IMG/VR virus record: IMGVR_UViG_3300020045_005404
Coordinates: 1 to 48,012 of that record
Source: a virus
Taxonomy: Duplodnaviria; Caudoviricetes
Reading direction: 5' to 3' (one strand)
DNA: 48,012 nt
Shown: positions 18,709 through 29,474 of the stretch, one piece after another
Numbering within the stretch: the first letter of the stretch is position 1
Layout: the number at the start of each line of letters is the position of its first letter
Notes under the pieces: model-generated
Told to the model about the DNA's origin: nothing
The model's database searches: none
The model's input: the letters and a program-made list of their open reading frames with translations, nothing else
Translations under genes and position numbers: made by a program

Positions 18709-19321
18709 GTGTAAATACGATTCTTACCATAACATTCCCGCTCGCATCTTCTTTGAAATTCGGGAGACGGGAGATTTCCAATTGATGCGACCGAAACCGT
18801 CAACGAGTACGGAATGGCTTGCAAAGGTGTTTTTGCAGATATACGATGATTATTTCATCAAGTCGGCAAATAAGGATGCGCAAAGGTATTCGGAACTGCT
18901 GGAGATTGAAGCGGTATTAAAAGCAAAAATTAAGGCGTTTAAGAGCGTATTGGAATTCCATTGGCGCACACCATCAAATATTTGGAATAACCCCACAGTC
19001 GCAATGATACGTACCGATCAGATAACCGAGCTGAACAAGTACTTGGATGTGCCGTTTGACCTCGATGCTGATTTCGATAGTCAAATTGAAACCGCACTGA
19101 ATGTATCCATTGGAATAATCCAAAACGATTTATCGGAGTGTGAAATGGAATTGGAGCAGATGCGAAAACAGTCACAGGACAGCAAGTTTGAATTCTATGA
19201 ACGCCACGCAGCGATAAATAGGGTGAATGCGCCTTACATATTACCTATTTCATTATTGTTGCCTGAATTCGTAGAGGCGGAAAAATTAGCTATTAAATCA
19301 CAAGTAAAACACGCAGCATAA
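18686..19321 (+). CDS. Putative tail assembly chaperone
   Basis: Directly before and coupled to the tape measure gene. Confidence 0.5.
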   Translation: MSNSESNRCKYDSYHNIPARIFFEIRETGDFQLMRPKPSTSTEWLAKVFLQIYDDYFIKSANKDAQRYSELLEIEAVLKAKIKAFKSVLEFHWRTPSNIWNNPTVAMIRTDQITELNKYLDVPFDLDADFDSQIETALNVSIGIIQNDLSECEMELEQMRKQSQDSKFEFYERHAAINRVNAPYILPISLLLPEFVEAEKLAIKSQVKHAA

Positions 19322-22300
19322 TGGCGAATGAAGAATTTTTAGATGCGCTGAGTCCAGCCGCCGAGAAGAGGTTGAAAAGTTATCATAGCGAGGTAATGAA
19401 ACTGATTACCGATATCGGCAAGGTAAACACTATGCAGATTGGGGCGAAACCCCCGAGCGGTACGGATGCGGCTATTAAGAAATTAGTAGACGACGTGGCA
19501 AAAACAGATGCTGCCGTAAAAAAACTACAGGCTAGTTATATTGATGCGTCAACAGCAGCAACTAAATCAGCTAACAATCAAGACGCATCGGCAAAGAAAA
19601 TACTGTCCTCACTTGAAAAAGAAACAGCATCACGTCAGGCATTGGACAAGCAACGACAAAAGGCAGCAAATGATAATGCGGTAAGACAGGCAAAAGAAGA
19701 TGCCGCTATTCTAAAGCAATTGGCAATTGAGGACAGGGCGGCGCAAAAGAAAATAGCCAATTCTAAAAAAATTGAGGCTCAGAAAGAAAAAGAATGGCAA
19801 CAGTTCCAAAAAGACTTCGCTAAATACGAAGCTGCTTTATTAAAAGAAGGAAATCACTACAACCAAATACAAGCAGAGGTAAATAAATTAATTCCGACTT
19901 ATCAAAATTTAGCCGCCAAAAGAGAATTAGGACTAAAACTAACAAAAGAAGAAACAAACCAGCTTTCAGTCTTGCAAGGACAATTAATGCGTTATCAAAA
20001 CTCATTGATTAAAATTGACGAAGGGATGAATCGGCACACCCGAAAAGTGGGAGATTACGCAAGAGCCAACAGCAACCTTACAAATTCAATCAGTCAAATA
20101 AGCCGAGAACTTCCTAATTTCGGGCAATCTTTTAGCATAGGAGTGCTTTCCCTTACCAACAACATCGGTGCTGTTCTGGATGCGGTAAAACAGGTTAAGG
20201 CTGAGAATGTAGCACTACAGGCTGAAGGCAAGAATACGAAAGCCGTATTTTCACAGGTACTGACTGCGTTATTGTCATGGCAAACAAAATTGTTTGTCGG
20301 CATCGGTATTTTCTCAGCTTATTCTAAAGAAATAGGCGCTTGGGCTTCGTCTATTTGGAACGCCACAGATGCGTTGGACGCAAATGCTGAGTCGCAAAAA
20401 AAGGTAAATGAAGCAAAAGAGCGATTTAATAACAATACTGCGGAGTATCTTCAAAACGCTATAAAAGAATATGACGCTACTCGTAGATTACGCGAAGTGA
20501 TTCAAGACCAAACAAAAGACTATGAAGAAAGGCTCAACGCTGCCGAAAGGCTTAAAAGTAAAACCGGCTCTTTTTTAGACGCATTTACGAAAGAACAAGT
20601 TGTTTTGGCGGAGAGTGGCAAGTTTGTAAAGGGATATAAAGACGCGGTTGAAGAATTAACGGCTGCTCAATCAAAACGAGCAGATGCGGAATTGAAAATA
20701 AAAGCCTCTGAAAAAACTTTCGCTGACGCTTCGGCTCTTATCGAAGAAATAAGGTTGCGCCAACAATTAAATGATGAATTTAATAAAACAGGGGCAAATA
20801 TTGACGAAATAAAAAAGAAAATTTCAGATAGAGCAGATAAGTTTAATGAAATGGATGAATACGTTTCCAACTTCGGTAAGGTTGAAGTTGATGCGTTGGG
20901 TCGTTTTAGTGATGCAGGAATTGCAAGGCTTCAAACTATTTATGATAATTTAAGAGCGGAATTTGAAACAGAAAGAAAAGCGGTTGACGATGCTTATAAG
21001 GCAACAAGCAGGTTAGACGACCAAAGAAAAAAGGAAAATAATAAAAAAGGCAGAACCTACGACCCCGAAGGCGCAATTCTCGACGCACGTTTGCGATATC
21101 TTAAGCAATTAGCCGAAACCACACAAGACGAATACAATACCGAAAAGGAATTAAGGGAGCGTCAAATCGAGGACATAAAGAAACTCGCAACCAATGAAAA
21201 GGCTTCGTTCGATGGACGACTCAAGGCATACGGCGACTATCTACAAAAGAAAACCGACCTTATAAATGACGGTCGTGACTTCGAGCTTGTGCAATTGCAA
21301 AAAGATTTAGGAATCGAGCAGGAGGAAAGCGAAAAGGCAAGGCGTGCATCGTTAAAGAAAGCGGGAAACAACGCAAAGGCTATTTGGGCAATCAATGTTT
21401 TCTATCAAGAGGAAGCAATAAAAAGATATGCGGCATACGATGCAAAAGTAGCATCTATAAATGAAAAATCTGCACAGGAACAAACGGCTCTTGCTGTAGA
21501 AACCGCAGAGGCTGAAATCCTAATCAAGACCAAACAGCGTGAAATGCTTGCGGAAAACGATAAGCTGATACGTGACAGCGCAATTAAGACTTATCAGGAT
21601 GTTATCGCAGAGGAAAAGAATTCGTTGGCGGTGCGCCAAGCGAGTTTTGAAGCTATGCTGTCATTACAGCGTAAACAATTGGATTTGGATAAGAATCGTG
21701 AATTGGCAGATGATCCGAACAATGCGGACAATATCGTTTTGAAATACCGAGCGTTGAATAAGGAACTTGACGAACTCGCAACCAAAGGCAGTCCAATAGC
21801 CGATGCCGTGAATCAAGCAAACGAGGCTTTGCACGGAATGGCGAAATCCATAACCGATAGCTTTTTAGGCGATGCAGGACTCGGTTCGTTGTCACAAATA
21901 TTCGACGGTACTTTTGCATCCGTAATGGAAGGCTTCGACAATATAGCAGACAAGGGCGAAAGCGCAATGAAAAAGGTTCAATATGCTTTGCTTACAACCT
22001 TGCAGATTGCGCAGGAATTCTACAACAAGATGTCGCAGGCATCACAGGAGAATTTCGAGATTGAAAGAACCAACTCAGAACGGAAATACAAAATTGATTT
22101 GTTGTTTGCGGGCGATAATGAAGCCGCTAAGGAAGAGCTACAAAAACAAGCCGAGGAAAGAACCCGACGCATAAACAACCGTGAAGCTAAGGCTAAAAAA
22201 GAGCTTGCCAAATTTAATGTTATTTTGAGCGCATCACAGGGCGCAATCGCGGCATTTAGCGATGGTAACGTTATCAAAGGCGCAATATTCGCCGCCATCA

Positions 22301-22779
22301 TTGCGGGTATCGCAGCTATTCAGATTGCACAAATCAACGCACAAAGCGTACCGCAGTATTGGAAGGGAACCGACAACGCACCGGGCGGACTCGCTTGGAC
22401 TCAGGAAAAAGGACGTGAAATCATTACCGACAAACAAGGACGCATCAAGTCAACGGGTTCGGATAAGGGCGCAACGCTTACGACATTGGCAAAAGGCGAT
22501 AAGGTTTATACGGCTGAGCAAACACGCCAATTAATGTTCAACAATGAACTGAACGGCATAATGAACAGCAACCGTATTTTACCGCACCATACGCAAGCAT
22601 TCCCAATCGACGAACTCAGGGCAATTGGCGACCGAATGGAGGCAGCAGCGGGACGACAGGCAAATATCACATTACAGACCAATAACGACAGCTTAGGCAA
22701 TATTATATCGGTAGTTGCAAGTGGCACGCAATCGGCAAACGCACGCAAGACATTAACTCCGCAGAAATTCCAACGATGA
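19321..22779 (+). CDS. Tail tape measure protein
   Basis: 1152 aa helical; RKVGDY, ISRELP, hydrophobic segments, C-terminal PQYWKGT...EKGRE. Confidence 0.9.
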   Translation: MANEEFLDALSPAAEKRLKSYHSEVMKLITDIGKVNTMQIGAKPPSGTDAAIKKLVDDVAKTDAAVKKLQASYIDASTAATKSANNQDASAKKILSSLEKETASRQALDKQRQKAANDNAVRQAKEDAAILKQLAIEDRAAQKKIANSKKIEAQKEKEWQQFQKDFAKYEAALLKEGNHYNQIQAEVNKLIPTYQNLAAKRELGLKLTKEETNQLSVLQGQLMRYQNSLIKIDEGMNRHTRKVGDYARANSNLTNSISQISRELPNFGQSFSIGVLSLTNNIGAVLDAVKQVKAENVALQAEGKNTKAVFSQVLTALLSWQTKLFVGIGIFSAYSKEIGAWASSIWNATDALDANAESQKKVNEAKERFNNNTAEYLQNAIKEYDATRRLREVIQDQTKDYEERLNAAERLKSKTGSFLDAFTKEQVVLAESGKFVKGYKDAVEELTAAQSKRADAELKIKASEKTFADASALIEEIRLRQQLNDEFNKTGANIDEIKKKISDRADKFNEMDEYVSNFGKVEVDALGRFSDAGIARLQTIYDNLRAEFETERKAVDDAYKATSRLDDQRKKENNKKGRTYDPEGAILDARLRYLKQLAETTQDEYNTEKELRERQIEDIKKLATNEKASFDGRLKAYGDYLQKKTDLINDGRDFELVQLQKDLGIEQEESEKARRASLKKAGNNAKAIWAINVFYQEEAIKRYAAYDAKVASINEKSAQEQTALAVETAEAEILIKTKQREMLAENDKLIRDSAIKTYQDVIAEEKNSLAVRQASFEAMLSLQRKQLDLDKNRELADDPNNADNIVLKYRALNKELDELATKGSPIADAVNQANEALHGMAKSITDSFLGDAGLGSLSQIFDGTFASVMEGFDNIADKGESAMKKVQYALLTTLQIAQEFYNKMSQASQENFEIERTNSERKYKIDLLFAGDNEAAKEELQKQAEERTRRINNREAKAKKELAKFNVILSASQGAIAAFSDGNVIKGAIFAAIIAGIAAIQIAQINAQSVPQYWKGTDNAPGGLAWTQEKGREIITDKQGRIKSTGSDKGATLTTLAKGDKVYTAEQTRQLMFNNELNGIMNSNRILPHHTQAFPIDELRAIGDRMEAAAGRQANITLQTNNDSLGNIISVVASGTQSANARKTLTPQKFQR

Positions 22780-25610
22780 ACTTTAAGCACGAACTTACAT
22801 TTTTAGATTTCCCGATTACGGGCGGATTGCGTGAGATTATAGAGCCTGTCAAATTCGATGGGGCGACATTCACGATAGAGAGGCAGAAGCAGCGTTACGC
22901 ATTTGATACGTCCTATGGAATGGACGGGCTTAATTTGGTGTTTTGGGACGTAGCGGGAAGACCCAGCGCACCGTATCAAGTGCCAAGCGGTCAGATACAC
23001 TATTATCTATCCCACGCTTTGCCGTTCCTGTTACAGGCGCATAAGGAACGGGGATTTGAGGCTAATGTCGAGTATACATTGTCGCTGAATGGTTCGTCAT
23101 TCCTTATCGGAAGAGCTGATTTCGTACCCGCCGAAACGGACGGGCGCACATTCTTCTCTTGCAAGTTCATCCAGTCAGGCGCACAGGCTGATATGAAAAA
23201 GGATGCGGACACGAAGATTAATATATTGGGAACGGTCGATTTGAAAGGTAATGCGATAACACCAGCACCGACAACCAATATATTGTTAAGGGCGCACCCT
23301 GTCAGCGGATTGAGTACGTGGGCGCAGAAGGACAGGAATTTCTTCTTTGCGGGCGGTATAAAGTATTTTAATTTTGCACGCCTTAGCAGTCCGTTTGAGA
23401 TAAAGGATAGTTTGATACCTGAATACGATGCGGGGACTTCGGGTGTAGGCGGTATGTTTGATTTCGAGGGAGCGGTCAATAATTTTCGTTACATACGTGC
23501 GCAGAACAACCTGTCAAACGTGAAAGTGCATATCGATTTGGATTACACTTTCTTTTACCGTTACATCATAGGCAGCGGATTTGATCCATCGGCTTCGTTT
23601 ATCGGAACGGTCATCGTTTCTCCTGAACCTTATATTATATCAGGAGGGGCGAACAACGCAATATATTCTGACGATTTCTACAACAAGACCATAGCCACAG
23701 GATTGAGTACGGACTTTTCTGATATACTTTCCATTGATTTTTCAATTCCAGACGTACCGAAGGATTATTGCGTATCGGTTATGTGGTCGGTAGATTGGGA
23801 TACTGGACACTTGGGAACTACCAACGCAGAAGGAACGCCATTCGAGGACTTTCTTTCCGTCGTTATCGGTGGGTTTACCAACCCGCTTATGCTGGCAGCC
23901 TTGTCGGATTACGGAAGCGGCGGCGGTTTATCGGACAGGACGGGCTGGCTAATAAATAACCAATCACTTACAATATCGGCAACGCAGACGGCTTTCGACA
24001 GCATCATTAAGGGCGTGCGTGAAATCGATATGTACAAGCAGACCAATAAGATCATAACGGGCGGATCATTGACAGTGAACGCCCCGAAATGGGAATCGGG
24101 TGGTGAGCATTACGACAATTTTTGCCTTAACGGGAAAATGACACGTGGCTTTGCAAATCCTGAATTTACGATTGATTGGAAAACGCAATTGACAGGATTG
24201 CAGGAGCCGAATGGGGACGCTATGGTAACGCAGACCGAAATATTCATCGGCGAATATCCTGATTTCTACACGCAGAATGATATTGGCGGTTTTCTCGATG
24301 CAGCACCCGAAAGTTACCTTACGGGTTACGACGAGGATTATTTGCTACGCAATATGACACGTGGCTACGATAAATATGAACAGGACAGGGACGAGAAGAA
24401 CACCAACGACTCGGTACACACGGAGCAGCAGGTTCATTTTCCTGTTGATGCGCCGATAAACGAAAGGGTTGTGAGAATTCCGTTCATACGTGACTTTATG
24501 CTTATCGAATCTTTGCGCAGACAGGGTATAATTACCAAGCCAACCACATCACTCGGCACAGATGATGATTTGATTAAATTGTTCTGCGTTCGTATGGCAG
24601 CGGGTTCGTTCCGTGAGTACGGTGCTAAATTATTGGTGCGCATAAACGCAGAAGGAACTTTGTCGATACTCAACACTTCCGAAGAAGGAGAGGCTACTTT
24701 CGGATGGGACACATTGGGATTCAATGTAGGCGACAACTTCTATATAACAGGTGGCAATAACGTTGGAACTTACGAGGTTATTGAGTTGTCGGTTTCAATA
24801 TTGGTTATACGACCACTCACGGTTATTGCATTGCCTGTTCAAGAGGGCGATATTTACATTGTGTTCAAATACTTCCTTACGAACGTTGTCTATATGTCAG
24901 CGGGAGACGAGAACTTTTATAGCGTTACAGGAATCGACAGCGGGAACGTATCTGCTAATTTGGATTACTCGTTGGGTAATATGCGTCGCAAATGGGAGGC
25001 GTTCTGGGCAACTGTTTGTTACTACTCACGTGGAAAGAATATCACATCGCAGTTCTTCAAGAGCAATGGCAAGATGCGCACGCAAAGAACCATTACATCG
25101 CCTATAATACAGGAGGATTTCGGCACGCTTACTGACGATACGCATAATTTGGCGGTCAATGATTTGGTGACCCCGATACTCACACCACGCACGCACACAA
25201 CGCAATTCCAAGTCGGGTTCGCCCGAATGCTACAACTGTTGTCGGATATGGAAACGATACGGGGATTTATACGCATACGTGACAAATGGGGCGTTATCGT
25301 TCCTGTGTACATCAATAAATTGACTTATGAGTGGGTAACGGGAACCTGCACGATAATAGCCATTGAGAAGCACGTGCCGGACGGGACAACGATTGCTTCC
25401 GTTGGTGGCGTTACTTATATCAATGGCGTGCCTTATACACCTCGTGCCGATTGGTTCCGTATCAGCAATGCGGGTTACGTCACGTTGTATGATTTGGAGG
25501 ATAAGGAGATTTTGCCACAGCCCGTTTTGTTTTCCGACATACTCGTTAACAGCACAAAATACACCGACCGCATACAATTTATGGATGCTATGCTAAATTT
25601 GTTGGGTTAG
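22776..25610 (+). CDS. Tail tip/baseplate hub structural protein
   Basis: 944-aa beta-rich ORF coupled to the tape measure gene. Confidence 0.7.
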   Translation: MNFKHELTFLDFPITGGLREIIEPVKFDGATFTIERQKQRYAFDTSYGMDGLNLVFWDVAGRPSAPYQVPSGQIHYYLSHALPFLLQAHKERGFEANVEYTLSLNGSSFLIGRADFVPAETDGRTFFSCKFIQSGAQADMKKDADTKINILGTVDLKGNAITPAPTTNILLRAHPVSGLSTWAQKDRNFFFAGGIKYFNFARLSSPFEIKDSLIPEYDAGTSGVGGMFDFEGAVNNFRYIRAQNNLSNVKVHIDLDYTFFYRYIIGSGFDPSASFIGTVIVSPEPYIISGGANNAIYSDDFYNKTIATGLSTDFSDILSIDFSIPDVPKDYCVSVMWSVDWDTGHLGTTNAEGTPFEDFLSVVIGGFTNPLMLAALSDYGSGGGLSDRTGWLINNQSLTISATQTAFDSIIKGVREIDMYKQTNKIITGGSLTVNAPKWESGGEHYDNFCLNGKMTRGFANPEFTIDWKTQLTGLQEPNGDAMVTQTEIFIGEYPDFYTQNDIGGFLDAAPESYLTGYDEDYLLRNMTRGYDKYEQDRDEKNTNDSVHTEQQVHFPVDAPINERVVRIPFIRDFMLIESLRRQGIITKPTTSLGTDDDLIKLFCVRMAAGSFREYGAKLLVRINAEGTLSILNTSEEGEATFGWDTLGFNVGDNFYITGGNNVGTYEVIELSVSILVIRPLTVIALPVQEGDIYIVFKYFLTNVVYMSAGDENFYSVTGIDSGNVSANLDYSLGNMRRKWEAFWATVCYYSRGKNITSQFFKSNGKMRTQRTITSPIIQEDFGTLTDDTHNLAVNDLVTPILTPRTHTTQFQVGFARMLQLLSDMETIRGFIRIRDKWGVIVPVYINKLTYEWVTGTCTIIAIEKHVPDGTTIASVGGVTYINGVPYTPRADWFRISNAGYVTLYDLEDKEILPQPVLFSDILVNSTKYTDRIQFMDAMLNLLG

Positions 25611-25636
25611 GGTTTGGCGGTGTGGATGTAATTGTT

Positions 25637-25726
25637 TATGTTTGCTTTAAATCCGCCAAGATGTAAAACATTAAAAAAATGCCTTTTCTTAATTCTGCTT
25701 GGCGGTGGATTTTGAAAGGGCGTTTT
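25637..25726 (+). promoter_or_regulatory. Structured leader D
   Basis: TATGTTTG; CCGCCAAG 25653-25660 complementary to CTTGGCGG 25698-25705 in the loop of hairpin 25676-25726. Confidence 0.75.
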
Positions 25727-25732
25727 CAGTTT

Positions 25733-26230
25733 ATGGAATTAGGTAATTACTTAGGTTATATTGTAAATAAAAAAGGACAAATTTTTACTAAGAAAAATGG
25801 TTCAATTATGAAAACAACCTTAAATGACAAAGGATATCCTTGTGTTGGGTTGTCAGTAAATGGTAAGAAGGTATTTAAAAGAGTACATAGAATAGTTGCG
25901 GAAACCTTTATACCTAACCCAGAAAATAAGCCACACGTCAACCACAAAGACAGAGATAGGGCAAACTACCATTTTGATAACCTTGAATGGTGTACTCCTT
26001 CCGAAAATGTTATTCATTCAGTAAGAAATGGAGGCAGAACAAATTGGAAAAGAAACAATACAGGAGAGTCAAACGGCAATTCAAAATTAAAATGGAAGCA
26101 GATTTTAGCAATAAGAGCTTTGTATTCTTGTAAGGAATTTAGTCAAAATGATATTGCTGATATATTCAACATTACTCAGGGCGAAGTAGGTAAAATAGTA
26201 AATCATAAAATATGGAAGCAAGAGAAATAA
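25733..26230 (+). CDS. HNH homing endonuclease with C-terminal HTH
   Basis: VHRIVAETFIPNPENKPHVNHKD...NLEWCT..EN; ATG 25733 preferred. Confidence 0.9.
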   Translation: MELGNYLGYIVNKKGQIFTKKNGSIMKTTLNDKGYPCVGLSVNGKKVFKRVHRIVAETFIPNPENKPHVNHKDRDRANYHFDNLEWCTPSENVIHSVRNGGRTNWKRNNTGESNGNSKLKWKQILAIRALYSCKEFSQNDIADIFNITQGEVGKIVNHKIWKQEK

Positions 26231-26268
26231 TCACAAACGAAGAACTAACCAATTAACACCACCACAAA

Positions 26269-26553
26269 ATGACAACAACACAAAAAGACCTGTTTAGCTT
26301 TTTAGCTACCGCCTTTTTTGTAAACTTATTTATTTTTCTATGCTATTCTTTTTGCATTTGGGATATACTTTGGTTTAGAGAATTACCGAATTGGGAATCT
26401 GATAGCAGATTCGGATTTATTATGATTGTTTTTATGAGTACCATGTTTTCAGGCGGATTTTGGTTAGCTCATTTAAAGCAACCTTTTAAAAAACCAAACT
26501 TAGGTAAACAATTAATGCCTACTGAGGATAGAACAGAATTTAACAAATATTAA
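26269..26553 (+). CDS. Two-TM membrane protein
   Basis: Two hydrophobic helices. Confidence 0.7.
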   Translation: MTTTQKDLFSFLATAFFVNLFIFLCYSFCIWDILWFRELPNWESDSRFGFIMIVFMSTMFSGGFWLAHLKQPFKKPNLGKQLMPTEDRTEFNKY

Positions 26554-26555
26554 TT

Positions 26556-27437
26556 ATGACAACAACACAAGCGATTGAATTACTGAAAAAAGGGGAAGTG
26601 CAGATCAAAAAAGATGACAGCCATAAGGCAGATTGTTTATTGTTTGAATTAAAGAAACACAATCTTGAAATGTCCGAGATTTGGTACGTGAATCATTATT
26701 TGGTTTTTACGGGAGATTCATTAACGGTTAGACAAAACTCAATTGCTGACGCTAAGGTTATCAATGCATCCGACATCAAACCGAAAGAAGAAAGCAAAGA
26801 ATTAGAGCCAATTGATTTTATACTGCCAAAACTTGAAAGAGCATTAGTAAAAGGGTTAGCAGATTATAACGCTTGTAAGGGCGCAATGGATGCGGCAACT
26901 GCAATAATGGATATCTACAAAGTACCTTTAGAAGAACGGGAAGTAAAATCTTGTACTTACGATGCTGTTTCATTCACAAACGGCGAGGAAGTGGAGGCGA
27001 CAAACGACTTGCCGTACTTTGAAAACTGCAAATACTTATACGTTGGTAAAAATCCTAACGCTGATTCTGATTATCCGCACGTTGTAATGACTACCGACAT
27101 TATGAAAAGCTTTTACGTATTCAAACATCTTCGCAAACCACAACCCGAAGTTAAGGCGTTGGATAAGCCAACACTTTTAGACGTTTTAATTGTTGCAATA
27201 ACAAAGGTTCAGGAAATCGTAAGTTCAGAAGTACAATTGGTTATAAACGATGATGCTTTTTCTGATTTATGCAATGAAAATGGATTTAGCAAAGACGAAA
27301 GCGTTTTTGTGATTGGATGCCGTGTTTTGAAAATGTCGCAAGTGACTCACATAATGGACTTGCCTAAAAAAAAATATGATTCGTTTTATATAATTCCCGT
27401 AATTCAGAGCAAGTTAAACGCTAAAATTATTGTGTGA
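26556..27437 (+). CDS. Hypothetical protein
   Basis: 293-aa ORF. Confidence 0.75.
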   Translation: MTTTQAIELLKKGEVQIKKDDSHKADCLLFELKKHNLEMSEIWYVNHYLVFTGDSLTVRQNSIADAKVINASDIKPKEESKELEPIDFILPKLERALVKGLADYNACKGAMDAATAIMDIYKVPLEEREVKSCTYDAVSFTNGEEVEATNDLPYFENCKYLYVGKNPNADSDYPHVVMTTDIMKSFYVFKHLRKPQPEVKALDKPTLLDVLIVAITKVQEIVSSEVQLVINDDAFSDLCNENGFSKDESVFVIGCRVLKMSQVTHIMDLPKKKYDSFYIIPVIQSKLNAKIIV

Positions 27438-27667
27438 TGAAAGAGTGTACATACAATGAATTAGAAAACAAAGTCGCAATTTTAGTTAGTAAAAAAAGAT
27501 GTGTTATAACTTCAAATTCAATTTTAATTAAAAAAGGAGTTTCTAAAAAAGATGTAATAATTAAGATAAGAGGGCTTGTTATTCCAAACGAGATTAACAC
27601 TAAAATATATCAATGCCTATTTGTTGATGTAAAAAGTGTCGAGCATATTTCTTATTATAAAGAATAA
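27434..27667 (+). CDS. Hypothetical protein
   Basis: Coupled to upstream gene; AT-rich. Confidence 0.55.
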   Translation: MMKECTYNELENKVAILVSKKRCVITSNSILIKKGVSKKDVIIKIRGLVIPNEINTKIYQCLFVDVKSVEHISYYKE

Positions 27668-27691
27668 TTCCATAAACACCACAATTATTTT

Positions 27692-27721
27692 AAATCCCTT
27701 TCATATTGTTAGGGATTTTTT
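27692..27721 (+). terminator. Intrinsic terminator, followed by a TAAATTTG promoter
   Basis: AAATCCCT/AGGGATTT plus T tract. Confidence 0.7.
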
Positions 27722-27749
27722 CATTAAATTTGGCGAAACCTATTGCTAA

Positions 27750-28979
27750 GTGACCTCTAATTTAGATTTTAGTTTCCTATTCTTCAAACCATCGATTGCA
27801 GAGGTAGCCGAAGCAATGGGGGACTGTCAAATCTCCGAGATATTCAGTTACAGCTACGTTTGTCTTTCCCCATCTAAAACATACCGAACCGTCACTAATG
27901 TAGATATTGCAGGTTTCAACTTCGCCCAAAACTACACCGTTCATTTAGTGGATTGCTGCGACAATATACTGCTCGATATTACCCCCAATGTCACGATCCG
28001 AAAATTCACGCACCGTGACTCAGGACTCGATAACGGTATCGTTGAGATTGTGAATATCGGTAAGGACTTCTACGGAAAGTGCGTGTCGATGAAGATAACG
28101 CAGACAACCAATACCGCAAATGTTTGGTATTCGGCACCGTTTCAGGTCACGGAAAACAGGCGGGATTGCTCGGACTTCTACTACACCGCATCATCAATGA
28201 TTGACGGTATCGATTATGAAACGGCTGGCGTTGTTCAGGCAATAGGACTGCGTGGGGTTTACACAAAACCGACACGGGAAACCAATTCCGAACAGTACTT
28301 ACAGACAACAGGAAACAATATATCACGCTCGGAAATCCGAAACCTTGCATACAATTTCACGGTAGAGTATCAAAACAATCACGGACTCGAAGCTTTTGAA
28401 ACACTCGTTTCGCATCCCGTTGTTTATGCGGTCGATGCGATGAAAACCACGAAAGCCATACGGCTCACTACCATAGTACCATCGTCAGAGGAACGCCTCG
28501 GAAGCACCAACTTCTTTGTATCGTCATTCAAGGCATATATTGACAGGCGTGATTTATACGACCCGTCACAGGGCGGAATTACAACGCCGTTTGCATTGTT
28601 GCAGGCGGGAATGCAACCTTTCGGGGCGGTCACGTTGTCGGTAGTTTCGGGACAATCTATAAAAGGATTCTTCAACAAGAATATGACAATCGGCACCGGT
28701 TCGCTCGGCGTATATACTGTTGACGGCACACGTATAGCCCTTTACACGCAAGCCGACATAACCGCAGTGGGAAGCAACGGATTCGAGATACTTGCATTTA
28801 TCGGTGAAATTGTTGCAAATGGCGATTATTATATTAATTTTACGTCGGGTCTGTTCGTTAGTTTGATTGGCGAGAATTATGCGGTTTCCAATACTACGGA
28901 ATGGCATTTTGAAGTCAGTACGGCGGGGGATTTCCTCACAGGGGATTGGAACGATTTGGATTTTTTCACAGGAGTTTAA
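27750..28979 (+). CDS. Tail structural protein with probable C-terminal Ig-like (Big_5-like) domain
   Basis: FNKNMTIGTGSLGVY...YYINFTSGLF...WHF pattern. Confidence 0.65.
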   Translation: MTSNLDFSFLFFKPSIAEVAEAMGDCQISEIFSYSYVCLSPSKTYRTVTNVDIAGFNFAQNYTVHLVDCCDNILLDITPNVTIRKFTHRDSGLDNGIVEIVNIGKDFYGKCVSMKITQTTNTANVWYSAPFQVTENRRDCSDFYYTASSMIDGIDYETAGVVQAIGLRGVYTKPTRETNSEQYLQTTGNNISRSEIRNLAYNFTVEYQNNHGLEAFETLVSHPVVYAVDAMKTTKAIRLTTIVPSSEERLGSTNFFVSSFKAYIDRRDLYDPSQGGITTPFALLQAGMQPFGAVTLSVVSGQSIKGFFNKNMTIGTGSLGVYTVDGTRIALYTQADITAVGSNGFEILAFIGEIVANGDYYINFTSGLFVSLIGENYAVSNTTEWHFEVSTAGDFLTGDWNDLDFFTGV

Positions 28980-28991
28980 AAGTATAAGAAT

Positions 28992-29471
28992 ATGGGTTTA
29001 AAATCAGCATTACAGGCATTAATAACAGCTTTTACTGACGGCGGGAACAATACCGCTTCGGAATTCAGGACACAGCAAACGGAATTGTTAAATAATGGCT
29101 ACGGTTATGATGCCGACAGCCATACAAGTCAAACATATACAAATAAAAACGGTTCTATATCAATAACTTATAGGATTTATTTTATAAAATCGTTTGGAAA
29201 AATAACTATCGACGTAGAGATTCAAAATACAGGAAGCTCCAATATTCCGAACAACACAACGGCTTGGGACTGGAAGTCAGACGTGGGATTTTTCGTAAAC
29301 GAATATGCTTGTGGCGAAACTCCTGATATTTTTAGGGGTAAATTAAATCACGATATAAACACATTGCCGTCTGTTTTTGCCAGAATAAACCAAACAGGAT
29401 TCGTCCTTCCTCAAGGCTTAGTTGCGGGTGCAAAATATTATGGTCAATTTACATATCCAGCAAAAAACTAA
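28992..29471 (+). CDS. Putative tail/receptor-binding structural protein
   Basis: Context; beta-rich C-terminus. Confidence 0.55.
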   Translation: MGLKSALQALITAFTDGGNNTASEFRTQQTELLNNGYGYDADSHTSQTYTNKNGSISITYRIYFIKSFGKITIDVEIQNTGSSNIPNNTTAWDWKSDVGFFVNEYACGETPDIFRGKLNHDINTLPSVFARINQTGFVLPQGLVAGAKYYGQFTYPAKN

Positions 29472-29474
29472 ATT

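Noticed and set aside
17124-25577. Numerous minus-strand ORFs over the tail genes
   Set aside because: Shadow ORFs antisense to well-supported genes, with no motifs or start signals
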